NCBI RefSeq assembly: GCF_006345805.1
Contig: NC_043024.1
Span: 310,001-374,000, forward strand
DNA from: Octopus sinensis
Lineage: Eukaryota
DNA: 64,000 nucleotides
Direction: 5' to 3'
A program made the position numbers and the translations under genes. The notes below the pieces were generated by a model. It searched no databases. It was not told the origin of the DNA and saw only the letters and a program-made list of their open reading frames with translations. Positions 28,930 through 40,597 of this stretch are shown here, one piece after another (position 1 is the first letter of the stretch; every line of letters starts with the position of its first letter).

Positions 28930-31230
28930 AGCAAGATAAGAGTGAAAGAACTTTGAAAACAGAACATTCCACAGATAATGAACGCAAAGCACCAGATAAG
29001 AAGGCGGCGGCTAGATGGGCATCGTAGGAAAGGAAACTTCCGCAAAAATTGTTGTGTGGTGAAAAATTTTCTAGTTTGTTGGAGCGAGGCAAGAATCATA
29101 CAGCTAATGGCAAATACATAATTATGCAAGTGTGAAATTGCCAGTAGTTGGAGCCAAATTTTACAACATGAACAGACAGAAAAACACAGCAAGAATGCAA
29201 ATGAAATAAAGCAAAAAAGTTTACCAATTCTTTCGAGGCCTCATCGTTTCCTTCACATTCCAAAAAAGTAGCAGCTGCTGAATTGAAATATTGTGCATCT
29301 GTTGCTGAGCATAATCTCCAAGTTTCTACTTTGGACCACCTACCTGGCCTTGTTGCAAACGCCTGTCGCCCAGGGTACAAAGTGTGCCCGAACGAAAGGT
29401 ACATACATCTTTCTTAAAGCCATTGGCCCCTACGGCTTCAACGCTTTATTAAAAAAAAAACTTCATTTATCAAAATTCTCACTAAAACAATTTATCCTGG
29501 TTTCCAGATATTATGACACTGAAATTCAAAAGACAGTCAACAATTTTCTTACACTTCTAGAATTACAGGATTGCAGTGCTACGGGTATATACAGCTGTCT
29601 TCTATCATTTTAAAATGGACACACTATTCCTCTGGAAAATTTGATAGGTTTCACCTGTGATAATGCAAATGTTATGATGGGAAGCAAAAGAGGTGTTCAG
29701 CACTTGTTGAAGCAGAACAGGCCAGATCTTTTTGTGCAAACCTGTGTTTGTCATTCTTTACACTTATACTCATCAAATACATGCAATGAATTACCAGATT
29801 CTGTCGAAGAATTTATGCATACTTTAGTCACAGCCCTAAGCATATCAAAGAATTCAAAAATCTGCAGAAAATAGCTTCAATTGGTCCTCACAAAATCCTG
29901 CATGCAAGGTGCACTAGATGGCTGTCTCTCAAGCAAGTTGTGCAGCGCTTTTTAGAGAAGTGGCCAACACTACTGGCATATTTCACACAAACATTAGAGG
30001 GTGTGTGTCCGATTATGACTCAACGAATTCTCACTGAAATAAAGAATCTTCTTACAAATATGTATTTAGCATTTCTCTCTTTCATTTTAAACAACATTAA
30101 CAAACTTAATCTGGAATTTTAACGTAATTGAAGGAAAACCAAAGTCAATTATACCACTTACCATGCGATTCCCAAGTCTTTGTGATGAAATTATTCAGGA
30201 ATGGCGCCACTTGACGCAACGAGCCAGAATAATTTTGGTTTGCTGTTTCACAAGAGAAATATGGCGATGAGTACCGCTATCCACTCTTGTCATCCTTTAA
30301 GCCCAGTCTTCTTCCTTTACCACGCTCCTCTGCATCGTCAGATAGAATTTTTTCTGTTTTCCACAATATCAAAACTAAAAATAGAAATTGCTTGAAAACT
30401 TCTACGCTTAATGTTCTTTTGAGGTCGAAAACTTTGCTACGAAATCCCGACTGGAAAACGTGGGAGTCGGATGAACAACTTTGTAAAACATTATTTGAAA
30501 AAAATTGGTACAACAGAAAACGGTACTACTAGCGAAGACTGGTCCCGGTGCGCGCGCACGCGAAGTCGCGCATCCGCGCTAGCTAGTCGTAAGTAGTCGA
30601 TCCTACAATGACTTGTGCGTATGCAAATGAGTTGTGTTGTAGGTTGGAAGACAACCAATGGGTCTAATTAATGATCAAGACAAGGGGTGGGGGGTTTAGT
30701 GTAAATAAACAAACAAGAAAACATCAAAACAAACCCTTCATGGAATGCTGTAATATGCTCTCCTCTCTCGCTATCACACATAAACACATATATAATATCT
30801 ATTTGTATTATCGGTGTGTATATACACACATGATTAAAAACTAAAGAATATATCACACACATTTTATTTGATTTGTGTAAAAAAAATCATATACATTGTT
30901 CGAAGAAATAATTTATTTACTTTCTTTAAAAAATTCTTTTATTTTATTCTGTAAAATCAACTCATTTGCATACGCGCAAGTCGTCGTAGGATCGACTACT
31001 TACGACTAGCTAGCGCGGATGCGCGACTGCGCGCACCGGGACCAGTCTTCGCTAGTAGTACCCAGAAAACCTCCTCACGAAAAAGATTTTTCTTTTTGAT
31101 GTCCAAACATTCAAGGTTTTAATAAATGATTTCTAAATAAAAAATAAAGTGGATGAAAATTTCGCTTTGACTGTATTCGGGGGTTTCAGTAAAATTTTGC
31201 CCGTTTTGCAAAAAAAGCTTTGGCAACGAT
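28930..31230 (+). mobile_element. Decayed hAT transposon (ZNF862/Blackjack-like transposase)
   Basis: AAAELKYCASVAEHN, CARTK, LIGFTCDNANVMMG, CVCHSLHL, TRWLSL, and the hATC-like LPRSSASSDRIFS; many frameshifts. Confidence 0.85.
30522..31062. mobile_element. MITE, 541 bp, ~105-bp TIRs starting GGTACTACT, 8-bp TSD CAGAAAAC (Merlin-like)
   Basis: TIRs are visible; TSD at 30514-30521 and 31063-31070; the paralogous empty site is at ~32562. Confidence 0.9.
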
Positions 31231-31744
31231 TCTTGTAATGGCGGCGTTGAATGGAGGAGAAATGGCTGAGTCATGATTGATAAGCTGAACTGCAGCATTC
31301 GTGGGCGCCGAAGAATAGCCCTAATCGCAAAGCCAATAAGTTTTCATGGAGTCAGTCGATAAATTATGATACAGGGAAGAGCTGAGGTGGTGGGGCGCGG
31401 AGACAGAGTGGCCAAATGTAGAAATGTCGATGGACTCGAGTCTTCCATCGCCGATTTGGAGGAGTTGAGAAGAAAATGGCGAAGAGGGACAAATAGCTAA
31501 GTCATGGTTGATAAGCTGAACTGCAGCATTCGTGGGCGCCGAAGAATAGCCCTAAGCCAATAAGTTTAGGAATTGTTGGTTATGAAATAGGCCAAAAAAT
31601 AATCTCAAGGAAAACTTACCTTTCATTTCAAGTGCAAAGAGTGAAAATAAATCTTAAGGAAAACCAAAATTTTACAATTGACAGTTTTCTTGCTGAAACA
31701 ACGTCTTGGGTCCGTAAACAGGAATTGCAATAAAAACGTAAGAC

Positions 31745-33391
31745 AAGTGGCCAACACTACTGGCATATTTCACACAAACATTAGAGGGTGGGTGTCTGAT
31801 TACGGCTCGACGAATTCTCACTGTAATAAAGAATCCTCTTACAAATACGTATTTAACATTTCTCTCTTTCAGTTTAAACTTAATCTGGAATTTCAGGCAA
31901 TCGGTTGCATAAGCTTAAAAGAGCCATCAATGCTGGAATGAAGGATATTTTGAGCAATTTCATCAGACCTACTTCCTTTCTCTGTCATCAATGTTTGAGA
32001 GATTAATGTCAACGATGCAACGACACGCCATTAGATTGTATCTACTTTGGCGCCGGAGCTGAGAGAATTTTCTCTGAAAATGCTACCACCATTGCTCCTA
32101 ATGAATTGTTGACTTTCCGACAGAATTTACTACAATTCTTTGTTAGTCTTTCAAATCAAACACTCGTTCGGTTTTCGTCTTGCGATGTGCAGAACAATTT
32201 GGGATTACTAGAGGCGTTGGACCCAACCAACGTAATTGAAGGAAAACCAAAGTCAATTATACCACTTACCATGCGATTCCCAAGTCTTTGTGATGAAATT
32301 ATTCAGGAATGGCGTCACTTGACGCAACGAACCAGAATAATTTTGGTTTGCTGTTTCACAAGAGAAATGTGGCGATGAGTACCGCTATCCACTCTTGTCA
32401 TCCTTTAAGCCACAATATCAAAACTAAAAATGGAAATTGCTTGAAAACTTCTACGCTTAATGTTCTTTTGAGGTCGAAAACTTTGCCACGAAATCCCGAC
32501 TGGAAGACGTGGGAGTCGGACGAACAACTTTGTAAAACATTATTGACAAAAATTGGTACAACAGAAAACCTCCTCACGAAAATGTTTTTTTTTCTTTTTG
32601 ATGTCCAAACATTCAAGGTTTCAATAAATGATTTCTAAATAATAAAAAAGAGGGGGGGGGATTTCGCTTTGACTGTATTCGGGGGTTTCACTAAAATTTT
32701 TCCCGTTTTGCAAAAAAAGCTTTGGCAGCGATTCTTGTAATGGCGGCGTTGAATGGAGGAGAAATGGCTGAGTCATGATTGATAAGCTGAACTGCAGCAT
32801 TCGTGGGCGCCGAAGAATAGCCCTAATCGCAAAGCCAATAAGTTTTCATGGAGTCAGTCGATAAATTATGATACAGGGAAGAGCTGAGGTGGTGGGGCGC
32901 GGAAACAGAGTGGCCAAATGTAGAAGTGTCGATGGACTCGAGTCGACCATCGCCGATTTGGAGGAGTTGAGAAGAAAATGGCGAAGAGAGGAAAACCGAG
33001 TTTGTAACAAAATATTCCGTCATAAAATCATGGGACCCAATAGTGGACAAAAACAAAAATAGAATATTTTTTAAGTCTTTGATTTATAGACTTACCCTTA
33101 AATGAACTTTGCCGTAATATTGTTGACGTAACGACATACATTCAAGTCTAAATAACATCATGAGCAAAACGATGAACAGGACAAAGTGAAATGTTAAACT
33201 TAACATAGAAACAGTTTAGGAATTGTTGGTTATGAAAGGGGCCAAAAAATAATCTCAAGGAAAAACGTACCTTTCATTTCAAGTGCAAAGAGTGAAAATA
33301 AATCTGAAGGAAAACCAAAATTTTACAATTGACAGTTTTCTTGCTGAAACAACGTCTTGGGTCCGTAAACAGGAATTGCAATAAAAACGTA
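31745..33391 (+). repeat. Second copy of a tandemly duplicated hAT 3' segment plus flank
   Basis: 31745-31892 ~ 29958-30120; 32228-32988 ~ 30121-31487 (without the MITE); 33213-33391 ~ 31565-31741. Confidence 0.85.
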
Positions 33392-33399
33392 ATACAAGA

Positions 33400-34590
33400 A
33401 GTGTGATAATACTTTCGTTTTTCGTAAGTGAGAGCCACGCTTGAACTACCCTGCGTTATTTTCTACAAATAATTTAGGTGAATAATGCACATTTTTTAGC
33501 GCTCAGGAATTCATTTAAAACGAAATACAATAAGTGTGATTTGAAACACCCTGCATTATTTTTCTACAAACAATTTAGGTGAATAATGCACATTTTTAGC
33601 GCTCAGGAATGCAATAAAAAGGAAATGCAAGAAGTGTGCTTTCGTTTTTCGTAAGTGAGAGCCACGTTTGAACTACCCGGCATTATTTTCTACAAACAAT
33701 TTTGGTGAATAATGCACATTTTTTAGCACAGTCAAAGTTATTTTCAACTTAAAAAAAGATACATTTATTATTATACTTCCAATAAAAAACGAGTAGATAA
33801 GAAAAAAATTGTCGACTATATAAGATAACAAAATGATCGACCTAAGGTGACCAACCTTTTGAAAATTTGCTTAAGAAAACGTTTATGCCCAACAAAAAAA
33901 CGGGCGATCTTTCGTCTCTAGTAGACCTTTCCGTCGATTTCCGTAAAAATTTTTTTTTTTTTTTACATATGGGCTTGCGGGAACTTTTGAAATAATATAC
34001 ATACATATACACATACACCGAGTAAAAAATTTCAGTTATCTCTTTCTTTCACACATTACTCTGTCTCTTCACACACACTAACAGAAGCACTTCACTTACA
34101 CAACATACTGTCTGTCTCCCACACCCCATCAAACACACACACATGTACATCAATGCTTCCCCCTGGACGGTAACTTCAAAAGAACTTCCCTCGTCATACA
34201 ATCGCTTTCTCTTAGTCTCTTTCGCTCTCATTACTTCAAAAGTTCCCGCAAGCCCATATGTAAAAAAAAAAGTTTTTATACGGAAATCGACGGAAAGGTC
34301 TACTAGAGACGAAAGATTGCCAAAAAAACGTTTTGTTTTCGTGCAATCTTTGCGTGCATTAAACGGCTGATTGAGTAAAGCTCACATGTGAGTACAACTC
34401 ATCTCACAGCTCAACCGGCCCAAATATCAATTTTCGAAAAAAAATAATTAGATGCAGTCCTTGCTGGGTGGCAGACGAAGCTCTGTATAAAATCTTAACG
34501 AAATCGGATGAAAGGTTCAGAAGAAAATTGCGGCCGTATGGAACTGCCTCCACACAAACACACACAGAAAACTTCAGCTTTATATATTAT
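33400..34590 (-). mobile_element. Helitron-like 5' region with internal direct and inverted repeats
   Basis: Ends in AACTTCAGCTTTATATA, like the Helitron at 16180-16200; three related direct repeats at 33400-33730. Confidence 0.5.
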
Positions 34591-34592
34591 AT

Positions 34593-34626
<34 letters not shown>

Positions 34627-35659
34627 CATACATACACACACAAAATGGGACAAGAACGCAAAACATCCAGATAGACGATACAAAAAACACGGACGGGTCA
34701 TTCGAAGCCTTTAATCTTCAGTCAAGAACCGGAAAATCCTCGCAATTTCGGTTGATATATATATATTAAAGCTGCAAGATTATCACAAAACCTGTTACTC
34801 GGAGTTTCACGTTCCCATTGGACACTTGCGATGGAAAGTTTTCATCACAATAATCCAGCGAATGAGAACATGAAACTCTGAGTAACAGTATTGTGATAAT
34901 TTTACAGATTTAATAAAAGCATATTGCTCTACCTTTGGTATTCGAGTACTATTTTCTTCCACCTTAGTTTATAGTTATGTGCTTACATGAATGTATATAT
35001 ACATACATACATATATATATATTTACCTCTCTTTTTCTCTATCTCTCTATTTATATATATCTATATATACAGATATATAAATATATATATATATATATAG
35101 GTGCGTGTATGTATATCATCATCATCGTTTAACGTCCGTTTTTTTCCATGCTAACCCGTCCAACCCATGCTAGCATGGAAAACGGACATTAAACGATGAT
35201 GATGATATACATACACGCACATGTAAATGTATATATATATATATGTATGTGTGTGTGTATACACGCACATGTATACATGCGTATGTTTTTGCATGAGTGT
35301 GTATGTATGTGTTCTCAAATCTCCTTCCTCTCTCTCTCTCTGACCACGGTAATACCCCGTCCCCTCCTCTACCAATCCCTACCCCTTAACTTCACGTCCA
35401 CCCCACCCCACCCCATGCAAACCACCCAAAAATCACATGAGTAATCATTTTTTGCCTTTTAATTTATTTTCTCTCTTAATGAATGATTTTATTATTTCAA
35501 AAGCTTTTCTTCGTTAATTGGACATCAAAAAAAAAAAGAGAGAAAAACACTGCCAATAGGTGGCGTTGCTGTTCCCAGTTACAAGGTGGACGTTGCACTC
35601 AAATTTTGGTGCATTTTCATTTATACGAAAACTGCGGGGGGGGGACCACAGCCAACATC

Positions 35660-36640
35660 CTTATCATACCATCACCACCATCACCACCACCACCACCATC
35701 TCCAACATCATCACCACCATCACCATCACCACCATCCCCCAAAACCACCACCACCACCACCATCTCCCCCACCATCACCGTCTCCACCACCACCAGCACC
35801 ACCATCACCACCACCACCACTATCACCATTACAAGCATCAATACCATCCTCACCACCACCCTCATCACTATCATCACCACCATAACAAGCACCAATACCA
35901 CTGTCAAAACCACTAACATCACCACCACCGTCACCACCACCACCACCACAATCGTCACTAACAACAACAACACGAAAAACAAAAGCCACACTTTCACCAC
36001 AGCAATCACTACTACTGTGACTATCCCCACCGTGACCACCACCAATAATAACAACAACAACATTTCCATCAGAACCAAGATCTCCCCCACCTATACCAGT
36101 GCTACCACCGCCGCCGCCACCACCCCAACAACAACAACAACAACACCAATACCACTTTCTCTTGTACTTACAACGTTAATCATAGGTTTGCTATATCAAA
36201 GCTGTCCTGGGGCTAAACACCACCACCACCACCTCCCCCACCACCACCACCACCACCACCACCGCCACCTCCACCTCCATCATCACCACCATCATCACCA
36301 CCAGCAACAGAAGTAGCAACACCGCCGCCGCCACCATCACCATCTTTCCACTCCCTCCAACACAACCAATATTGCATCCACCACCACCACCACCACCACC
36401 TATGACTTTGATCACAAGCCTGCTGTATCAGAGCTTGCCTGGGGCTAAACAGGAACACCACCACCACCACCACATCCAATTTCATCATTGCCTCTACCTT
36501 TGATTACAGGTTTTGCTATATCAAGAACTTGGCCTGGGGCTAAACAACAATAGTCATCATGGTCAGCGTCATCATCACCGTTGTCGTCATCGTCAATATC
36601 ATATTCATTATCATCATCATCATAATTGTTATTAAGTGAG
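35660..36640. repeat. (CAC/CAT)n low-complexity tract with three copies of a TATCA..GCT..CCTGGGGCTAAACA motif
   Basis: Direct inspection; motif copies at ~36193, 36426 and 36519. Confidence 0.85.
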
Positions 36641-36748
36641 TCAAGATGTTTTGTTTCCCAATTTTGTGTTTAACCATTTTTCGGTAAGTAGCAGCAAAGG
36701 AAGGTGGCTGCTCTGTTCATTCAGTTCTATCTATCTTCCCATGTAAAT

Positions 36749-36779
<31 letters not shown>

Positions 36780-36833
36780 TAGACAGATTGATAGATAGAT
36801 AGATAGATAGATAGATAGACAGATTGATAGATT

Positions 36834-36879
<46 letters not shown>

Positions 36880-36978
36880 CAGACAGGCAGATAGATAGAT
36901 GGATATGCACACATGTAAAATAATAAAACCGCTTATAGGCCATATATATATATATATGTGTGTGTGTATGTATGTATA

Positions 36979-37009
<31 letters not shown>

Positions 37010-37060
37010 ATATATATGCCCTATAAACGGTTTTATGATTTTACATGTGTGCATATTAAT

Positions 37061-37093
<33 letters not shown>

Positions 37094-37262
37094 CATATAT
37101 ATATATCTATATATATACTTATGTGTGTGAGTATATATACAGGTATGTATGTGTGTATATGTAATTTATAATCATATATATATGTTTACTTGCATATGTG
37201 AGCACACACATGTATCATATTTGTGTGTGTATATACTATATATATATGTATATATATAACAT

Positions 37263-37314
<52 letters not shown>

Positions 37315-37939
37315 TATCTTAAGCCTTGTATAACAATAGCATTGACAGTAGTATGTTTATTGTAAACATGGACCAAGATTAACTGTTACCACTACTACTA
37401 CTACTACCACATCTGTTGCTACTACTACTATTACTGCTACTGCTGCAATGATATTTATTTCACATCTGTTGGTTCCACCCATGCCCATCTCACAGAGTAT
37501 GCCCCCTCCCCACTCCCACTCCCCTTACATAATCTCCACCCACCCCCCTCTACAAGGGACAGGTAAGTCTGCTGTATCAGGGGAGCTGGGGGTAGGGAGG
37601 GGTGCAGGCAGGTAAACAAATGATTGCTGTCTCCATCGTCTTTTATCATTTACCTTTTATTCGTTTCAGTCATTAGAATGTGGCCATGCTGGAGCACCAC
37701 CTCGAAGTTGAATGAACCAACGCCAGTACTTTTATTTTATTTTTTTTAAGGCTGATACTTATTCTATTGGTTTCCTTTGCTGAACTGCTAAGTTACAAGG
37801 ACATAAACACACCAACACCAGTTGCCACGCAGTGCAGAGGGGACAAACACAAAGATACACCCAGAGCCATCTGTCTACCTATTTATCTGTTGGTCCGTCT
37901 GTCTTTCTATCTATCTGTCTTTCTATCTATCATGTTGGC

Positions 37940-38345
37940 CTAAAACAATCTGTTCAAGAGCTCCGTATATTCCTGCAGTTCTGCTACAAAAGCCATAAAA
38001 TAGTCATTTCCGACACTTGCACTGAAATCTCCCAATATGACCAGCTTGTCAGAAATTGGTCCTTTCCTCGATAATTGTGTTAGAGCATCATAAAACTGTC
38101 CGACACTTTCACCAGAATGAGACATTGTTGGTGCATAAATACTGAAGAAAGCAACCTTTTGTCAGTTTTATACGATGACATGGTTCGTTCAGATATACCA
38201 CTTGGAAATTCTATAATGTAAGATACCAACAAATTCTTGAGAGCACACCCAACACCCAGATTCTCTACACTGACCCTCACGTAGGTCTCTCCAGAAGAGA
38301 CAGTATATACATAAGTAGGTTCATTTATTTTACCCTCACCAGAGA
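37940..38345 (-). mobile_element. RTE LINE APE-endonuclease fragment
   Basis: FYDALTQL...DKLVILGDFSASVG (GDFNA motif). Confidence 0.7.
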
Positions 38346-38351
38346 GACGAG

Positions 38352-38391
<40 letters not shown>

Positions 38392-38434
38392 CCTTGCTAG
38401 CATGGAAAACGGACGTTAAACGATGATGATGATG

Positions 38435-38465
<31 letters not shown>

Positions 38466-38579
38466 TCAAAATAGTTTGATTCAAATTCTGTGATATTTAA
38501 AATTTGAAAGCATGATATGATGCTTATCATAGACCATTGAAAATCTGAACTCCCAATAAAAGTGTTCATCTACTCACTC

Positions 38580-38612
<33 letters not shown>

Positions 38613-39221
38613 TAAGGACACAGGAAATGTGTCGAAGCTGACAGGAAGTGTTGATGCTTCCTAGGGCTAAACAGCGGTGGTGTAATCCCCTACTGTCACA
38701 TTAAATTGACAGTATACAACCATTCTATTGCCCCACCACCGTACATATCTCTATGAGATATTTAGAAATTTAATATTTCTGATATACATATATCGTTTTT
38801 AGAAAAACATAAACCCAGAGAAGGGGCACACTCTAAGAAGTAGAGTAGTCTATATTTTTCCCTGGTGAAAGCCAATTTATGGGCTTACCCTGGGTTTCCC
38901 ATCCATAAAGGGTTTGACTTTATGGCGTATCGCCAGACCCCAAGACTGACGATACACCATAATGGCTATCGACTTCTGGCCGCACTGCCATCATTCAGTT
39001 ATGAGAGTAAACAATAGGGGATGATCTCTGTCTCCCATTAGCTATCATCTTCCAGCAGTTCCAAAAAAGCTAGCAGAAATCTCCTAAAGTGTAAACATGT
39101 CCCGAAAATCACAGTCGAAACCATTGCTCTGTAGGAATTTGACTTTCGTGGTAAACAGAAGTTGCAAATGTTCTGTGCACCAACATTAAAATACCTATAT
39201 TCTCTCTGTATTTGTCAATAT

Positions 39222-39525
39222 GTGAAGGCACATGGCTCAGTGGTTAGAGTGTCGAGCTCACAATCACGAGGTAGAGAGTTCGATTCCCAGGCTGGGCTGA
39301 ATGTTGTGTTCTTGAGCAAGACACTTTATTTCATATTGCTCCAGTTCCCTCGGCTGTAGAAATGAGTTGCAATGTCACTGGTGCCCAGCTGTATCGGCCC
39401 CTTTGTCTTTCCCTTGGATAACATCAGTGGCATGAGGAGGGGAGGCTGGTATGCTTGGATTTGTGCTTCGAAGGGTAACTTTCTAGGTGCAATCCCATGG
39501 TCATTCATGACCAAAGGGGCTCTTT
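39222..39525 (+). mobile_element. tRNA-derived SINE; two tandem copies on the minus strand at 59595-60180
   Basis: A box TGGCTCAGTGG, B box GAGTTCGATTCCC; the body matches the 59.6-60.2 kb copies. Confidence 0.75.
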
Positions 39526-40597
39526 TTATATGTCAATATGGAAAAAAAGTGGAATGGAATATTAAATGGTTAAAGTCAAATCAAATAACGAGATAGAAAA
39601 TAAATTGATAATTTATGATTAATATCGTTTTTTTTTTTGTTGTTGTTTTGTTTCTCTGTAAAGTACGGAAGAAGCTGGAGACATGCTGAAGCTTGTTTGG
39701 CTTCGTCCGTCAGCGACAAATTGATGAAACATTAGCAAACAAATTGACTAATAAATATATAAAAATATAGATATAAAAACCAGGAAATTAATATTGGTTT
39801 ATTGTTGGAATGGTTATTAGTTGGGGTTTGGAGGAGTGAATGGGTGGGGGTGGCTTTGTGGATTGAGAATAAAAGAGAATTCTTGGAAATTAAAAATTTC
39901 TCAGATGTCATTTGCATGACAAAATCTGTTCAACAAATGTTTGGATTGTTTGTTGTTTGTTTGGAGAAAATGTGACATCAGTTATGAAACATGTTTTCAA
40001 TATTGACGAATTGGTTTATGAATTATTTAGAAGAAAATTTATATAATGTGGAGTAGATGGTGTCAGGAAGGGCAGGAAGGGCAGGAAGGGCCGTAGAAAC
40101 AATGCCAGAACAGACAATGGCCTTTGGTGTGGCCCCTGGTGATAGAGGGAAACTAATAGAAGACCGTCACACACACATACATATGTATGTATAAAATTAG
40201 TGTACATTTATACACAAAAGAGGTGACCCTAACAGGACACCTTACATGCTAAAAGGAACAGTCCAAACCATGGTAAAGAGTAATTTCAAAGGGGATGAAA
40301 AATAAAACCGTTTCCAATAGTTACCACTTGCCCCTAGGTTTCAAACATTAATGAACAAATAAAATAATTTGTTATCTGTGTTCTGCATCAGCAAGGGCAC
40401 TAAAAATTAATGTTCGAAACCTAGTACTCTTATATATATACATTGTCCATGCTTACATGGGTTGGATGGCTTGACAGAAACTGGCAAGGACAGGGGTCAC
40501 ATCAGGTTCCAGCCTGTTTTGGCTGGATTCCCTTCCTAATGACAATCACACCACAGAGTGTACTCGGTGCATTTTACATGGCACCAGCACTTGTACT

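Noticed and set aside
35483-36488. Mucin/extensin-like or His-rich ORFs
   Set aside because: (CAC)n low complexity open in several frames on both strands, with no splice or domain support
39222-39300. tRNA gene
   Set aside because: The tRNA-like head continues into a SINE body repeated elsewhere in the window
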